Of a stretch of DNA of 64,000 nt, positions 1 through 13,559 are shown piece after piece. Source of the stretch: Phoronis australis (taxonomy: Eukaryota; Animalia; Phoronida). The notes beneath the pieces were generated by a model. That model saw nothing but the letters and a program-made list of their open reading frames with translations, was not told the origin of the DNA and made no database searches. The DNA lies in NCBI GenBank assembly GCA_002633005.1, contig NMRA01000218.1:329113-393112 (forward strand). The letters are read 5' to 3'. How positions within the stretch are numbered: the stretch's first letter is position 1; every line of letters begins with the position of its first letter. The position numbers and the translations under genes were made by a program.

Positions 1-574
1 ATACTAAGGTACCGGAGGCCCAGTAGTTACCCCATGTCGCGACGATAGACTCAATACCGGATAGAATACGATCGCGAATCAGCGTGCAGGCCTACTCGAT
101 TGACTATGGCACCGTGATCGTTTCGAGCAGTACAAAGACCCTTTCTACCGCGATGTCATGAATTATAAATGCCGATTCTACTGATTGCATGGCCATCAAC
201 CTGAACAATCGCAATCTTTTGTAAACATCCTGGAATAAAAACACCTCACTCAGTTCGCCCTCCTCTCGATGCTCGTGAACTCAGTCAATAGTTCATAATT
301 TGTACTCGCAAAAATTATGCCTGAAGCAAAGTTGCCAGACCCAACAAACGCCTACAAGTTGCGCAACTAGCCCGCACTTGCACTACGGACGTGTTACTTA
401 GATATCACATTTAATAGTTTACGGTACATCGAATGTAGTGCTGTATTTTCCATCCACAAAAAACACCGTGATTCAAATGGAGGGGGGCGGGGGCGGAATT
501 CAAATTTTGTTTTGCCGGGATCGAATTCAATGCTCCTGTCTCGAACAAGCTGAGGTAAATTGCCATGTTTGCGC

Positions 575-707
575 CAGGCCGTCACGGATTCAGGATTTTG
601 TCAAGGGAAAACGTAGGGGTTACTTGAGATTCCCCCATTTAGAGCGAAGTAGAGTTACTGGCAAGAGGTCCGGATCACTAGTGGGTCCTCCTCTAGGTCC
701 GTGCCTG
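575..707. mobile_element. Degenerate short MITE of the CAGG..CGGAT / ..CCGTGCCTG type
   Basis: Ends CAGGCCGTCACGGATTCAGG and CTAGGTCCGTGCCTG are imperfect inverted repeats resembling the MITEs at 32333, 44054 and 46737. No TSD is visible. Confidence 0.4.
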
Positions 708-3700
708 GATGACGGTTGCCTTAGGGAACTTAAAAGCCTGTGGACAGCGCCCTGACTTCTTGGAGTACGCAACCAACTCGACCGGTGAGATTTCTACCAC
801 TCCAGTCGACTGCTGTCATTTCTACAAATCCTAGGAAAGGACATTTGGGCTATATAGCTAATTGAACCACTTTTGTAGCTTTTGACTACCTTGCGTGATT
901 CATTGGCCAGTCTTGGATGAGCTCGTGTTTGATCAGTGAAAGGCCTCCTTTGTTCGCATTTCTATTCCATCTTTATATTCTTGAGGTCAATCCTCACTAT
1001 GCAGGTAGGGTACTAGTGTGTTTGTGTGAATACTTGACATGTCTATAAATAGCAACAGTTTTCGCAATACAAAGCATGTGCTCATCCACGACAACACATC
1101 TTCACACTAAGATAATCCAACCTGAAATATTTCTCCACCCGGCACACGGCGATCACAATGAGGAAAACAGCGGCAGGTAAACCAAACTACTTTCGTGCAT
1201 AACTGTATCAGTGTATTGCTTTATGAAACTCTTATTCAATAAAATTACTAGGGCCCATTTTGTCAGTCAGTCTGTTTCTGCGTGGATCCCAAATAACTCT
1301 ACCACTCAATTATATGGCAATATGTGACAAGTACCATGCGAAATGTTTAATGATTCTTCAACAACCTTAAGCTAGCGGGTACACAGGCACAGGCAAGAGA
1401 AAAAGCTACTCACGTTTACTTGTCCACAATTCACAATGTGCTCACAGTGACGGAACGTAACTCTAGGCTTAGAAACACCAACAAAACTTTGAATGACCAA
1501 TTGAAATTCACGTTTCGCTGCATCGATTCACACCGACGTGTGAATATTTCAGGTGCCAATACGTTTAACTCTACAAAGTACGTACGCTATGAGCGAGAGT
1601 TGAGGTTCGTCGGCTAGTCCCACCAGTCTAGGAAGCTTGTCTATGAAACCGGTGATTGCATGCTCAACCAGCGACGCTCCGGACACAAAGCGGAGATTTT
1701 TTCTCCTGAGCTATTTGTTTATTTAACATCGTTTACCTTAGCGGTTGCCATTTTTACACAATTACTTCAATCGAACTATACTTAGAAGTCTTTCAACGGC
1801 GATACAAGGAGTGTTAGTAGAGGAGTGGGTTTTGTACTAGGAAAAACATCATCAGGTCATTGGACTGGGAAACCCTAGGCAAAAAGGTCGTCAAAGCAAA
1901 ATGTTTTTGTTTTTTTAGGTATAGCTGTATGAAGGATAAGAATCAAAGGCAAACTCTCTGAGACCTGTTTCTCTTAAAGTCTATTGCTAAAAGTCCAACA
2001 CACAGTCACCAGACAAGAATTCGTAGTCTAACACGGAAGGTAAGCGGACTAAAATTAAAAATGAAGCCAAATAAGAGAGAATTATTAACCTATTAGCTAT
2101 AGGCTGTTGGAGAATTAGGCCCCAGAAGTTAGCGATTGTTCCAAAGTTTAGTGACAAAAATTGACAGCATTGCTATGCATTTATACAGAAAAATAAAAAA
2201 ATACCGTGAGAAGAAATTGGGAAATCATTTAGTTTATAATGTATCCAGTCTTCATTTTTTATCAAGACTTCACAAAATCACCTACAGATATCCACGAAGG
2301 CATGTTATCTTCTCAATTTTCCGCTCAATTGAGAAATACTTGCGCCTAAAAAAAGGACGATTGATATGTGTATAATTCACTGTGTTCTATACTTTAAAAG
2401 ATTATAAAAATTGACAACCTGTGCCACTCATTAGTAACGGCCTACTTGGTATTTGTTAGAGCAAAAATAATTTAGCAAAATAGCAAGCGTAAATTTGCTA
2501 TGGACCTTCGTCAGTCGTCAGCCAAAACGACTTACTGTGAGTTAAAGATGCCATGTCTCAGTAAAACCGTGAATATTTAGATTTGTAACAAACGCCAAGA
2601 AATGACTTGGTGGAGATACGCTTAAAAACAAGTGTTATCATATAAAAAACCTGATAATTCCAAATATTACGCAACCGTTATATGATAATGAAATAGACAA
2701 ATAATAAAAACTGTGCCTTTTTCATTAGGGTTACGACAATGCTGTAGGGATTTTCGAGGGATTCCCTTGTTGTCCTGAGAAATGTGGATGAGAATTGTGT
2801 GCAAATACCTAGAATTTGCACTACCAGAGACGTAAACTATCATAGGGTCTTTGCACGACATGATGAAATATTATCAAACTCATTCATGAAAAATAGTCTC
2901 ACAAAACGAGACCTTCTCGAGATTGTAATGGTACCTGTCTCGAATGATTTTCGGCACACTGGTGGACCCGCGGCTGCTTGTAACTTAGTATTTCAGTTGC
3001 ATATTCACTATTTAATGAGACAGTGCATCTTTAAGAGATCATTTGACTACAATCATTCCGTTCCTTACACATTTTAAAGAAGACGTCTGGGCTTGTAAAA
3101 AAATGACATGACCTTGCACGGCGCAAGAACTTATCCGTCAGGTCAAGTCAACTTGCAGAGTACTCTAAATCAAAAGCAGCAAGTTTTGACAAAAGGCGGT
3201 TGAATGGTAACATTCAAACCTTTTATCAACTGTTGCTTAGTTTGAAACTAATTGGTTTCGTATTGTAAGATTGTCACTTTGGGGCTTAAACAAGCCGATT
3301 TACGATAAAAGTCGCTTTAAATAATTAAGAAGAAACGTATTAATTATCGTTTAGTGAGATTCTGGGGTTCGTTGAAAACGTCTTGCGAGACTTTAAGCTA
3401 GAAATTTGGTCATACTCTCCACACAAAAAATTGTTTAAAAAATACTACAATCTCACTTGAGCACTGAAAAGTCCCCGAGAATACACGCATATTTACTGAT
3501 AGTTACTGAGATAATATGCTATACACTGTACTTCTCGACTGCGGTGCTCTCGTAATTACATGTACTTTGTTACAGCTTTTTCAGAAGTTGTGACGTGGGA
3601 GTGTTAGGCCAAATTTCAGTCTTATGTCACTTTCCTGAGGTAGAAACTAGATAGTTTCATCCCACGGAAACTATGTGCTTCGTCATTAACAGGCGATAAT

Positions 3701-4466
3701 TTAGTTTTGAGGTGGTTTAATTTGCGGGAGACAGGTGGCGTATTGTTGCATCAAATTATGAATGCATGGATGGAATACATGTAAGTAGCTATGGCTCAAA
3801 TATTGTAATAAACAAGTGCATCCGAAGAAAACTCGACTACCGTTCCGATCTATGTTTTGCCATCAGTCCCAAATTACAAAATTATCGTATATCTCAAAAA
3901 GCGCACTAACAAGCATGAATTTGTCTTTTTATTGGCATTTGATGAGTAAAGGCGCGTCGCGAATTCCTAGAATTGACAAAGACCACGTCTCTGTCCATAT
4001 GAACTATACTGGTTTATGAGCTGCAGACTGAAGTGATTTAAAGCTGCTACGTCTTCGATTTTATAGATATCGTGAAACAAAAAAGTGGCGTTACAAAAAA
4101 AAGATGTCAAACGTAACTTCCTCACTTGGTGTTTTCAGCGCCAACAATTTTTTTGTTCAAAATTTTTGACATGCATTAAAAGTCCACCCGCGATGAGCAT
4201 ACGTGTTGCGGATTTGTATTTTGTTCTCACCTCGCCATCAGCTTTCCCGGTGCAATAAAACGGTGGTCATTGCAGACATCGATGGGAATGGCAGATTGAA
4301 TTATGGGGATGAAATTCATCAGCTGCGGATAAAAATCACCGTTCTACATGAACACTGAGAGTGATGTACAAGCCAAGATTTTCTCAAGCTAAGGTCTTAC
4401 ATCCAGCTTAGGAACCTATGCTTTAGAGTTTCTTTCGTCGGACATAGTCAAAGCGTCAAACCACAA

Positions 4467-4878
4467 GTGCCGTTTACACTACAAAAGTTGACACAGATCA
4501 GCTGACACGGAAAGAGATGTTCCAGTATGTAAACGGGACTGACACGGAGTAAACTGACACCACGGTGACAACTGGTTGCATCAGTTTGTGAGGTGGGGCA
4601 ATTTGCGACCGAACATCTTGCTCCATGTCTAAACGCGAAACTGGGGCAAGGCGGAAAGGATCATCTCTACCGCTCTTGTGCAATGACCTACATACGGGCT
4701 CTCTGTCCCTGCAACTCCCGCTATTTGAAAATCTGCGCATATGCATTCCACTCTCCAGCGTACAACTTCCGTCTTGACACAGTTAATGAAATTGTGTGTG
4801 GGGTAAATGGCCGCTTGACACCGATCAAGTTGTTCCGTGTCAGTTGCGCTGGATCAAAAGTTGATGTCTAAACGGGTC
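4467..4878. mobile_element. MITE with PIF/Harbinger-like termini
   Basis: Left end GTGCCGTTTACACTACAAAAGTTGACACAGATCAGCTGACACGGAA matches the reverse complement of the right end, GACCCGTTTAGACATCAACTTTTGATCCAGCGCAACTGACACGGAA. CTGACAC motifs recur internally. Superfamily is inferred from the terminal sequence only. Confidence 0.6.
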
Positions 4879-6047
4879 TATAGCCATTGGAGTTATCTTC
4901 CAGGGAATTCATGCGTCCATAAAACACGGGACTACACGTTTAAGCCCAGTAGCTGAATTTCTAGAGCTATTACATTGTACAATTGTATAGAGAGTCTTAA
5001 TTATTTACGGGAGACATGATTAATTGCTCATTAAGATTCGTGCCTTTGTTTATAACAGCGCGTGATCATATAATTCTTTGTATTATTGCATAATGCTACT
5101 CAAAAGCACTATTGGTAATCACGAAGAGGCTTAATACATAAAGCATCATTATTTTGGCAAACCTTTGCGAGAAAGTCCCTTCACTTGAGACGGCTCACTC
5201 GCGATCGATTTTTCACTGCAGACCTAATCACAAGGCATTGATCACTGTCTTCAGACGCAGTAAACCGGTGATTTGTCATTCATAGGTACGTGTTTCTTGA
5301 TCATTAATCATCAAATTAATTTCTGTTTAGTTATAAATGATTTAGCTGGAATGCCTATACAAAACTGTTTTGATCATCAATGGAGCTTCGCAACAGATGT
5401 CGCCTTTCCAAATGTCAATCAATCACCAGAGCTGAGAAATGACAAGGTGGGAACGATCATAACCATACACTGTACATGCAAGGCACTTTTCATGAAGAGT
5501 ATCTAATAGTTTTATTTGTTGAAGATATGATCAGCTTTAAACGTAAAGTAAAACACCAGACATGCGACTGTCCGGAGTTCTTGGAAAACTTGATAGATGT
5601 CAAACCTTAAACAACGATTACTATATAGTCCCAAAGCTTTATCAACTAGTGTTCAGCTGCATTTTAGTTTAACCGACGTGTTATTTTACAAACCTTTAAT
5701 AAAACACTTAATGGCAGGCTAGAGCAACATAAACTAAAATAACGGATAACAACTGAGCTCGTATATATTAAATGTATTACACGAAACCTGCAGATTATAC
5801 CCGTAACAAGTGTATCGAGTCCATTTATATCAACACTTCGTATATCCGGCGATAAACTGACTGTAAGACCACGACATCACGCGTGACGTCATTGGAGTGA
5901 ACGGTATTTAGTAGCCTATTTGTTGTTACTGTCTTCGACATTTTTCTCTTTGGAATCCCCTCCAATGCATTTACAGCGTATTTAACGGTTATAATAAAAA
6001 GGGTCAATCGACACACTCCCCAGTGGTCTCAAAATTGCCAAGACTTG

Positions 6048-6212
6048 GCGTGCGTTCAGTAACGCTACAGGACCTAACCTGGTACCCTAGCTAAAACCTA
6101 GCCAAACCCACGTGTTCTCTTTGAAATACACGGCAATACATGTATGTCAGGTAATCTCGCGAAGTCTTGCATTTTAGCGAGGTACATGTAATAGCTTTAC
6201 TGAACGGGAGGC
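6048..6212. mobile_element. Small MITE with ~20-bp terminal inverted repeats (TIRs)
   Basis: GCGTGCGTTCAGTAACGCTA and TAGCTTTACTGAACGGGAGGC form an imperfect inverted repeat. Confidence 0.5.
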
Positions 6213-8364
6213 TGGGGATGCGGATAACCTGGGACATTATTTTATCTTACTTCACTGACGCGACCTGTAGTTAGGAGAAAAAGAATCTAAGACAAGCTGG
6301 CCATAAAATCTTATGGCACTTGTTTTTATAATGGACTTCAGAACGAAAGATCTCGTCCGGGTAATAAGAGCCAATCATCAACAGTTGTGAAATATCATCA
6401 CGTTAAAAATGTTTATATACCTGGTTGTAAAATGTGATAAAAGATAAACACAGACATGCTTTTTCTGAGGTATAATAAATGTTTAAATTACTCTAGACAC
6501 TGTGCAAGATGCACGTCTAGTACTAGGCTTTGTTTGAACAATGTCAACTCGGAACGCTTGAAGTGCGCAAATAAATGCAGAACACGTTTCAAATGTCGCA
6601 CTTTCAAAAATGTCAAAATTTCATGTTCACGGTAGAATGTAAATCATAGTCATTTCTGAATAACGGTTTCTCCTACATATATTTGGTACAGTGTTAGGAG
6701 AGTAACGTAATAAACCAACTCTCAAACATTTCGTAATCAATCTCAAAATACAAACAACACACCATAACGCCTTGGTATGCACCCAGGCAACTACTTAACC
6801 GATTTTTAATTCTTGGCAATGATTTCTAGGCACCCTCAATAATTGTGTTTCATCTTTATCTACAACAGCATGACTGTTTACATAATGAACCAAGTCTCGT
6901 GTAAATGGTGTCAAGGAGCTCAGGCTGTTGGTTAATCCTTAATAATACTAGTTAATGGGTGACCATCACCAACTCGTAATCGGTGAGACTGAGGCGCAAG
7001 GGGTCACGGGGGTGGGGACGTTCACAAGAGTACGACGAAGTGTTTGATAATTGAAATTAACTAATTATGTTGCTGCAGGTAGCTGTTGGTCGGGTTGTTA
7101 CCTTATCGAATCTCAACACTAAACGAGGCATATATGCCACCAGAACGCTGAGAGTTTACATCTGGTAGTAATTATTCCAACTGACGCAATTTGCAGAGAG
7201 AACTACTGTTCCACCAGTTGGTTGAGGGCAATATCGTAAAAGTTGCCCTGGAAGAGTTTTGATGTTTAGACAAGAAGTGGGTAACACATTTTTAAAGAAA
7301 TTTTCTACAAACGAAATGATTTAAGTTTACTGTGTAATTGCGAACTCTTTCCATGCCAAATGTCTTTGCCCTTCGTCTTGACTTACTGTGAGTCTTATAC
7401 TGTAGCTAAATCCTCAAAAGTCTCAGATTGTCATTGTTATGTGGAGGCATTGTTTTGGGGCCTCCAGCACCAGACCAACCTCTTCGACTGTCTAAACAAT
7501 CCATGTTTCGAATAAATGCATGAACAAAATAACGCTCTGAACTCCCTTCCACCAATCCCTATAATAGAAGGCGCGCAAAACCGATAAACTTCCCTGCAAT
7601 TTCAGGATGCGGGTAGGCCTATATTTTCCTTTCCAATCTTTTGTGATTTTTACGCCGTGAACTACATGTACATGTATACCTGGAATTGTGACGCAATCGA
7701 TCATGTCTCTACTCCCTATGGCCAAAATTTACATTAGGACAGCAATTACCAGAAAGCTGTCAAGAGTTCAGTCTGCCACAACAAAATATGCTCTGAAATA
7801 TTGTACTTGGGATATCAGCTTTATCGTTTTATTGGGGAACTATAAAAAGATTGCCCTATCATGTCTAGTGTTCTAGTTGTGGCAATTCCATGTGTCGCCT
7901 ATACTACATGTACATGTACCTATTATTTTCGTAAGCCTACGCTTGCGGGTATTATATCCTATTGGTAAAATCATATAATCCCGCATGTGGTAATTTGAGA
8001 CGAAAAAGGATACATTATTTATTTTGTGATTAGATCTGGTAAAATTATTCTTGAAAGTGGCATTTTCAGACGTAAAAAGGTTACATTATTTATTTTGTGA
8101 TACCGATGATCAAAAGCAATGCCAAGAGACCATTTTTGCTTCGTTTTCTCGTGAATTGTGCCTTTGTTGAAATACTTTTGAGCGAACCCACAAAATGTGG
8201 TCATTTTCCACGACATGTTGTTCAGCACTAAGAGTGGTTCTAGGTAAGGTGAGTGGACTAGACGGTCTCATTACCAGGTGTCTATGGCAGCTCTTGTTGA
8301 GCCCACTTGTGGACAAGAGGTTCTCTACACCTAGTGACTGTATATTAGAAACTCGGCCGCGGCT

Positions 8365-8448
8365 TCACTGCACCGTGTACTCGTGAATGGCCCTGTACAA
8401 TTCCTTTTCCAGAAGGCTGTTTATCAGGGAAACTGGTCCCAGGTCATA
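8365..8448 (-). CDS. Candidate terminal coding exon of an unidentified host gene (YDLGPVSLINSLLEKELYRAIHEYTVQ*)
   Basis: On the minus strand a pyrimidine-rich acceptor TTGCTCTGTATCCCCACAG is followed by 27 codons and TGA, with AATAAA downstream near 8090. The peptide is not recognised and no partner exons were linked. Confidence 0.3.
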   Translation of the reverse strand, partial: YDLGPVSLINSLLEKELYRAIHEYTVQ

Positions 8449-8852
8449 CTGTGGGGATACAGAGCAATTACATGTACGGCACGGGCGAAAGCTTAAATGC
8501 AATGAAACATTTGGTGAACAAAAATGTTACAACCGGGGCTAAAATTCGCGTTCTTTCCGTGAACTGCTTGTCTTCTGAAATGGAATTACTAGTAAAAAGT
8601 TTGGATCATTTTAACGCGAATAAATTCGATAAGATTTATGGAAAAGAGAAAGCTTTACGTTTCGAATAGTTTTAGTATGTGCTTGAATCGGGTAGACAAT
8701 TGGCCAGCGAGTCGTCATTGACGCTGAACAAATGTGCACGGGAACGCTTAACGGTGGACTACAGGAAGATTGGTATTTGGGTTAGCCTCGATTTAGAAGA
8801 GTTGGACCGTCGTTTGGAGTTGAAATTACCCAGGGGTAATTGACGGTAGGTG

Positions 8853-8988
8853 AGCCGACTCGTGAACGAGACGGTCTCGCCTATTGGTGACTTTGCTGAA
8901 TCGACGCGATGACGAGAAGGTCTCGCCAGCTGGTCACTGTTGGTAAACCGACTCGTGGACGAGTCGGTCTCGCCAGACGGTGACTACT
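8853..8988. repeat. Tandem repeat, ~46-bp unit x3
   Basis: CCGACTCGTGAACGAGACGGTCTCGCC...TGGTGACT recurs three times with divergence. A related single unit lies near 54470. Confidence 0.75.
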
Positions 8989-9263
8989 GTGCTACCCCTC
9001 ATTTTTCAACACTTTTCACAAAGTGACATTACCGTACCCCTATTAAAACAAACAAACTCACGTGTGACATTGTGTCCTCGTTTGACGAATAATACGGTTA
9101 CTTTCCAATTAAATCATTTCTTGTATACTTCGAAGCGAAGGAAGATCTTTGGTTCGGTTACGGAATATCTACAAAGTCTTTACAGTCTCTAACCGTGGTC
9201 GCGAAAAAAATAATCGAAGTCCTCGAAAATATCTGATCCGGGATTATTGTTAGAGAATGGAGC

Positions 9264-9413
9264 CAGTGTTCAAACTTCAGTAAAGAAATGCGCAGGCCCA
9301 CTGGACCAATTAGTCTGGCCTGGGTGTCAAGTTAACTTTTATAAGTTACTGGCCCGGCCACAAATCCACTGGCCCGGGACCATGGGTCCCCGCAGCGTGT
9401 ATTTCGAACGCTG
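9264..9413. mobile_element. hAT-like MITE
   Basis: TIR CAGTGTTCAAA / TTCGAACGCTG with internal CTGGCCC repeats. The TSD is not convincing. Confidence 0.5.
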
Positions 9414-9440
9414 AATGCAATACATTTTAGCAGTTTTATC

Positions 9441-9920
9441 ACCCGTTCCAAACGCCGAAACACCATTCAATAGCCTATTAAATGCAAGCCGTTACATGTT
9501 TGCAACTCACTGTAACATATTACTACAATACATTGTACACCGTAACACTCTTCAACGAGTCCTACATGCGTGTTACAGTGCTCTACAGGATCAAGTCGAT
9601 GTTTACTCTTGTTGCCAAGAGTTTCGCTAATACTCGGCTTTGAGACTAGCGGCAATCTGTATTTCGCGCCGAATGTTAAAATGACAGCCTCAGATGAAAG
9701 TACCGCTATCCCAGAACTCTTAGATATCGCGACTTCACACTTGTTCTCGTTGTCCAAAGAAAAGGCCGTCTCATTGTGAGCACTGTAATACGCATGTAGG
9801 ACTCGTTGAAGAGTGTTACGGTGTATAATGTATTGTAGTAATGTATTACAGTGAGCTGCAAGCATGTAACGGCTTGCATTTAATAGAATGTTGAATGGTG
9901 TTACAGCATTTGGAACAGGT
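9441..9920. mobile_element. Foldback MITE with ~143-bp TIRs
   Basis: 9441-9583 is a close inverted copy of 9778-9920 (ACCCGTTCCAAA / TTTGGAACAGGT). Flanks TTTATC and TTTATT may be a 6-bp TSD. This explains the mirrored peptides in ORFs 9415..9630 and 9467..9865. Confidence 0.9.
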
Positions 9921-11776
9921 TTTATTCGCCAAACTCGGATCCAGCAACTTCAAAACAGCATGGAAATGTGCTAAATGACATATCTTACATATGGAGTATA
10001 CTTTAGGCGGAAAACTTTGATTTAGACTACAAGGAATAAAATACCAAAGCAAAATGAAAGAACACATGCAAATATGCACGTCCCCAATCGAATAGCTCTT
10101 AAGGTATATCTAACTCGTTAGAAATAGATTTGCAAAGTTACCTTCAACACAATCTGCATACTGCGTTTATGAATGCGACCACGCATTACGTACTCCGTTG
10201 AGTTTCCGTTTGAAGTCTTCGTGTAACTGAAATTTCTTTTTGCCAACTTTTACACACGCCCACTTCATGACTTACGGTAAGCACGGATTGCATTAGTTTT
10301 AATACTGTGGTACCCGAACAGCCCAAACAAATATTCATTGCACATTGTCACCTGTTTAATAATACGCATCTGCATGTTTGTACATTCGAGTGAACGCCAT
10401 TGATTTACGAACTAGAGCTATAAACGTGTATCTGATGAAATACGAACTGAACGTTTTAATCAAAAAAACCAATTAACACAACCGTGTATAGTTAGTTCTG
10501 ATTGGAGAACATCCTTTTTCAATTTGTCAGTTAATCTGGAAGCTTCGATTCGATATTGGGCAGCGGATGTTAATATACGCTGACATTTCTGAAATCACTC
10601 GGTTTCTTCTTGGGTCCGCAGGGCATTCCACATTTAGGGGTGGGATTTCAGGGTGTCACGGGAAAATTAGGATAGCCACTCCGTTTATTCATAGAATTGC
10701 CATACAACACTCTTTTATAAGGAATCTTTTATTGAAAAATCCTTCCCACGTAACGTAGCGTAAACGTATTAGATTAGCAGTGTACTCGAAACAACTAATT
10801 CAGAAATCATCTTAATGGCCGCAGTGGTTTCAACACACCGAGCCAAAACGTAATACTCGGAAAGCAACCTGTCCCTTGCTGCAAAATTTGTGTGAAAATG
10901 GACTTTTGTGCACTTGTAATTCCCAAATAAATCTTTTAGTCAGGAATCTGATTCGAAAGTTGTACCCATATCTGACAAAGCGACATCGTTCATCATGACT
11001 TGCATTTCCCGTAATGCTTAAAGTCTTTGGGAGTGCATTTGTTTCAACGATTTCGTAAGTTCTTTTCTCAATGAACGCACAGCTTCTACGTGATTCCAGG
11101 CAGAACCTAAAGGTGTAAGTAGCTTCAGACTTAACTCTTAGGTACAAAATTATCCATAGAACTCCACTTCAACAGCACGCTAATTGAGATGTTTTTGATT
11201 TTGTGAAACACAGACTAGTAGTTAATTGTCAGGAAAACAAGGCTTAGAGATTAATTCAATATTTCCCTAATAGATTACGAAATGAATTTTTTTTAAAGGT
11301 ACCGGATGTCCCCACATCTTAATTAACTATAGAATTTGACAAAGCCACACTTTGCACGCAATGCAAATATACACTATAGATCTGCTTAAACATCCCCGAC
11401 CTTACCTTTTCTCGCGCTTTGTTCAAACCCGTTTGCTTTCCGTATTTTTCAAGACTTGACTATCAGTTTAGTAAGCGCGTAATCCAATCGGTAGACAGCT
11501 TCTATAAATAGAACAGAGATGAAAAAGAGTCAAAGTCCCAATACCGTGAAAGTATTGATGAAAACCGACTTCATTAGTTTATACATCTGATTGAATTAAA
11601 CAAACAATCACTCATTTGTTGATTTTTATTTCGCCTTGTGTCGCTTGCTCGTTCTTTATAGTAATTGGCTAAGTGTACCCAGTCCAAGATAAACAAGTAT
11701 TGTAGCAGAGAATAGACGGTTCCCGATTAAAACTGGCCCATGATTGGTTACACAAATGACGTGTAAGTTAACAACG

Positions 11777-12355
11777 CTCGCTGGTCCCCCACGTGCCTAG
11801 CCAGCACGCAGGTATCATGCAATGGCACGCGCTTTAGCATTGGTTGATGTAACCTCAGCAGTCATTGGTTAGCTTTACAACACCGTGAAAAGTGGCGGAG
11901 TGTGAACGATTTTTAGTATTGTCATGCAAGTAGCGTCGCAGCAACTATCTCGTTTCTGCGGTGATGCTTAATAGCCGCGTGCTTGAAGCACAGTACAATA
12001 AACACATATCTGGCCGATTTAACCGGTTTGTTATTCAAACTGTATGAATACAGGACAGTATCGTAAACAAAGTCATCGGCAGTAAAAAGATGCATTCCGA
12101 AAAAGTGCAACCTGAACATAAATTTTAAGCACCGATTTGTCTATACAACAGACCTCATTTACACTTCTCTCCATCAGTCATGCCAGCATAGAGTACATGT
12201 ATCTATGATGTCAGTTTGTTTGCGTAAAGCGCTGCCTGTTGAGAATTCGACTAGCCAATCAGAAATGCCGGTGTAAAGAAAAATTTCCCAGGAAAATTAA
12301 GTGATACCTGCGTGCTGGCTACTGACCACCGAGCGGCACGCAAGGAACCAGCGAG
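11777..12355 (+). mobile_element. Non-autonomous DNA transposon with 10-bp TSD (Mutator-like by TSD length), copy 1
   Basis: TIR CTCGCTGGTCCCC / GGAACCAGCGAG. Perfect TSD GTTAACAACG at 11767-11776 and 12356-12365. Homologous over its whole length to 22903-23482 in the opposite orientation. Confidence 0.92.
12187..12207. mobile_element. 21-bp palindromic CATAGA..TCTATG micro-insertion with 7-bp TSD
   Basis: The sequence is ATGCCAG-[CATAGAGTACATGTATCTATG]-ATGTCAG. The paralogous element has a single ATGCCAG (empty site, near 23033-23039 on the minus strand). Confidence 0.7.
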
Positions 12356-13268
12356 GTTAACAACGCAGCACTGAAGCGACACCTATCAAACCATTCACGT
12401 CACGTTGTTAGTTTCCAATACAGTCAGAAAATGTGTCTGCTGATACGAAGTCGAGTACGCGTTGAACCTTATGCTGGAACGAGGCTAACCCAATGACTGA
12501 CGCCCAATGCGGATTTAATGACAAGAACCGTTTTGACTTTCAACGATATTTATATTTTTTATGGCAATGAGGTCGACTGCATGCGTTCTGTGTACATATG
12601 TACGCGAGAACCATGCAAAAGCGTAAGATTATGCAAGACTGCGAGATAACTTCATGTATTATAGTGAAGCACGTGATCACAGTAGCTTCTTTTTCGAGAA
12701 TCTGCGTCTACGGAGCTCACTCCAGGTCTCTCAAATCTCTCTGACTAAGCAATTACATCAAACTAGACCCCAAAATCATTTTTGAATCAATGGTCGAGCG
12801 AACTAGGAGAAGGCACGTGACATCGAATTCAGTATTTTTTAAACATACTTCTCATACACTAAATATACAACAATGGTAAATCCACTGTTTTCGGTCCTGC
12901 GCTAATGAAATGTGCCGGAAGCCTCGAGAGGTTCTCAATCTCGCCGATGCGCTAGTCAATCGTCGAGTACCGTGTGATTACATGTAGCTGCTGCCTTTCC
13001 CTCAATCGGGTCATTTATTCAGAGCTGCACAACCCTTATAGGAGATTCCTCATATTGGCGCTGTCTACAGTAGTGAGACCGCCAAAGTACCTTCCGCTTG
13101 ATCCCGACTCATGGATGCGGTCGACAGAAATTCAACTACTGCACAATAGTTAATTAATTTAAAAACAGACGAAACAATTCCCCAACCAGTCCCCCACATT
13201 GTTTAAGTTAAGTCCATTAATCTATTTCAACTTTTTGACATCGGCTGCGATCGAAACTCTCTCGCTAG

Positions 13269-13360
13269 AACAGCCGCAGCTGGCTTTGGCGCGGAATCTC
13301 CTTCGCAGTGGGAAATATGTGGAACTTGATGACCTTGTTCATGCAGTGGTATTTCAAGAG
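13269..13360 (+). CDS. Candidate internal exon, unidentified
   Basis: Acceptor CTCTCTCGCTAG and donor AG|GTTTGT bound 92 nt with two open frames (EQPQLALARNLLRSGKYVELDDLVHAVVFQE or NSRSWLWRGISFAVGNMWNLMTLFMQWYFK). Neither peptide is recognised. Confidence 0.25.
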
Positions 13361-13546
13361 GTTTGTCTTTTTTCGTAAAGCATTTGTACACCCACCGCAC
13401 ACCAGTGGAACCTTGCAGGCATTATGATAGCAGGAAAGGCGTTGTAATGCTGTGTACATGTATATGATTAATTAGGTTGAAACCTCTCGTCTGCATTGCA
13501 TGGGATCAGCAGAAAGCGCTGAACGCCTGTCCACCAAAATTCCGAT

Positions 13547-13559
13547 CGCCCTCTGGTGG
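13547..13559 (-). promoter_or_regulatory. CTCF-like core motif
   Basis: The minus strand reads CCACCAGAGGGCG, matching the canonical CTCF core. This is a single motif match with no functional evidence. Confidence 0.35.

Noticed and set aside
1-1010. Possible three-exon minus-strand gene fragment
   Set aside because: Acceptor-like sites exist, but I could not join a consistent open frame across them.
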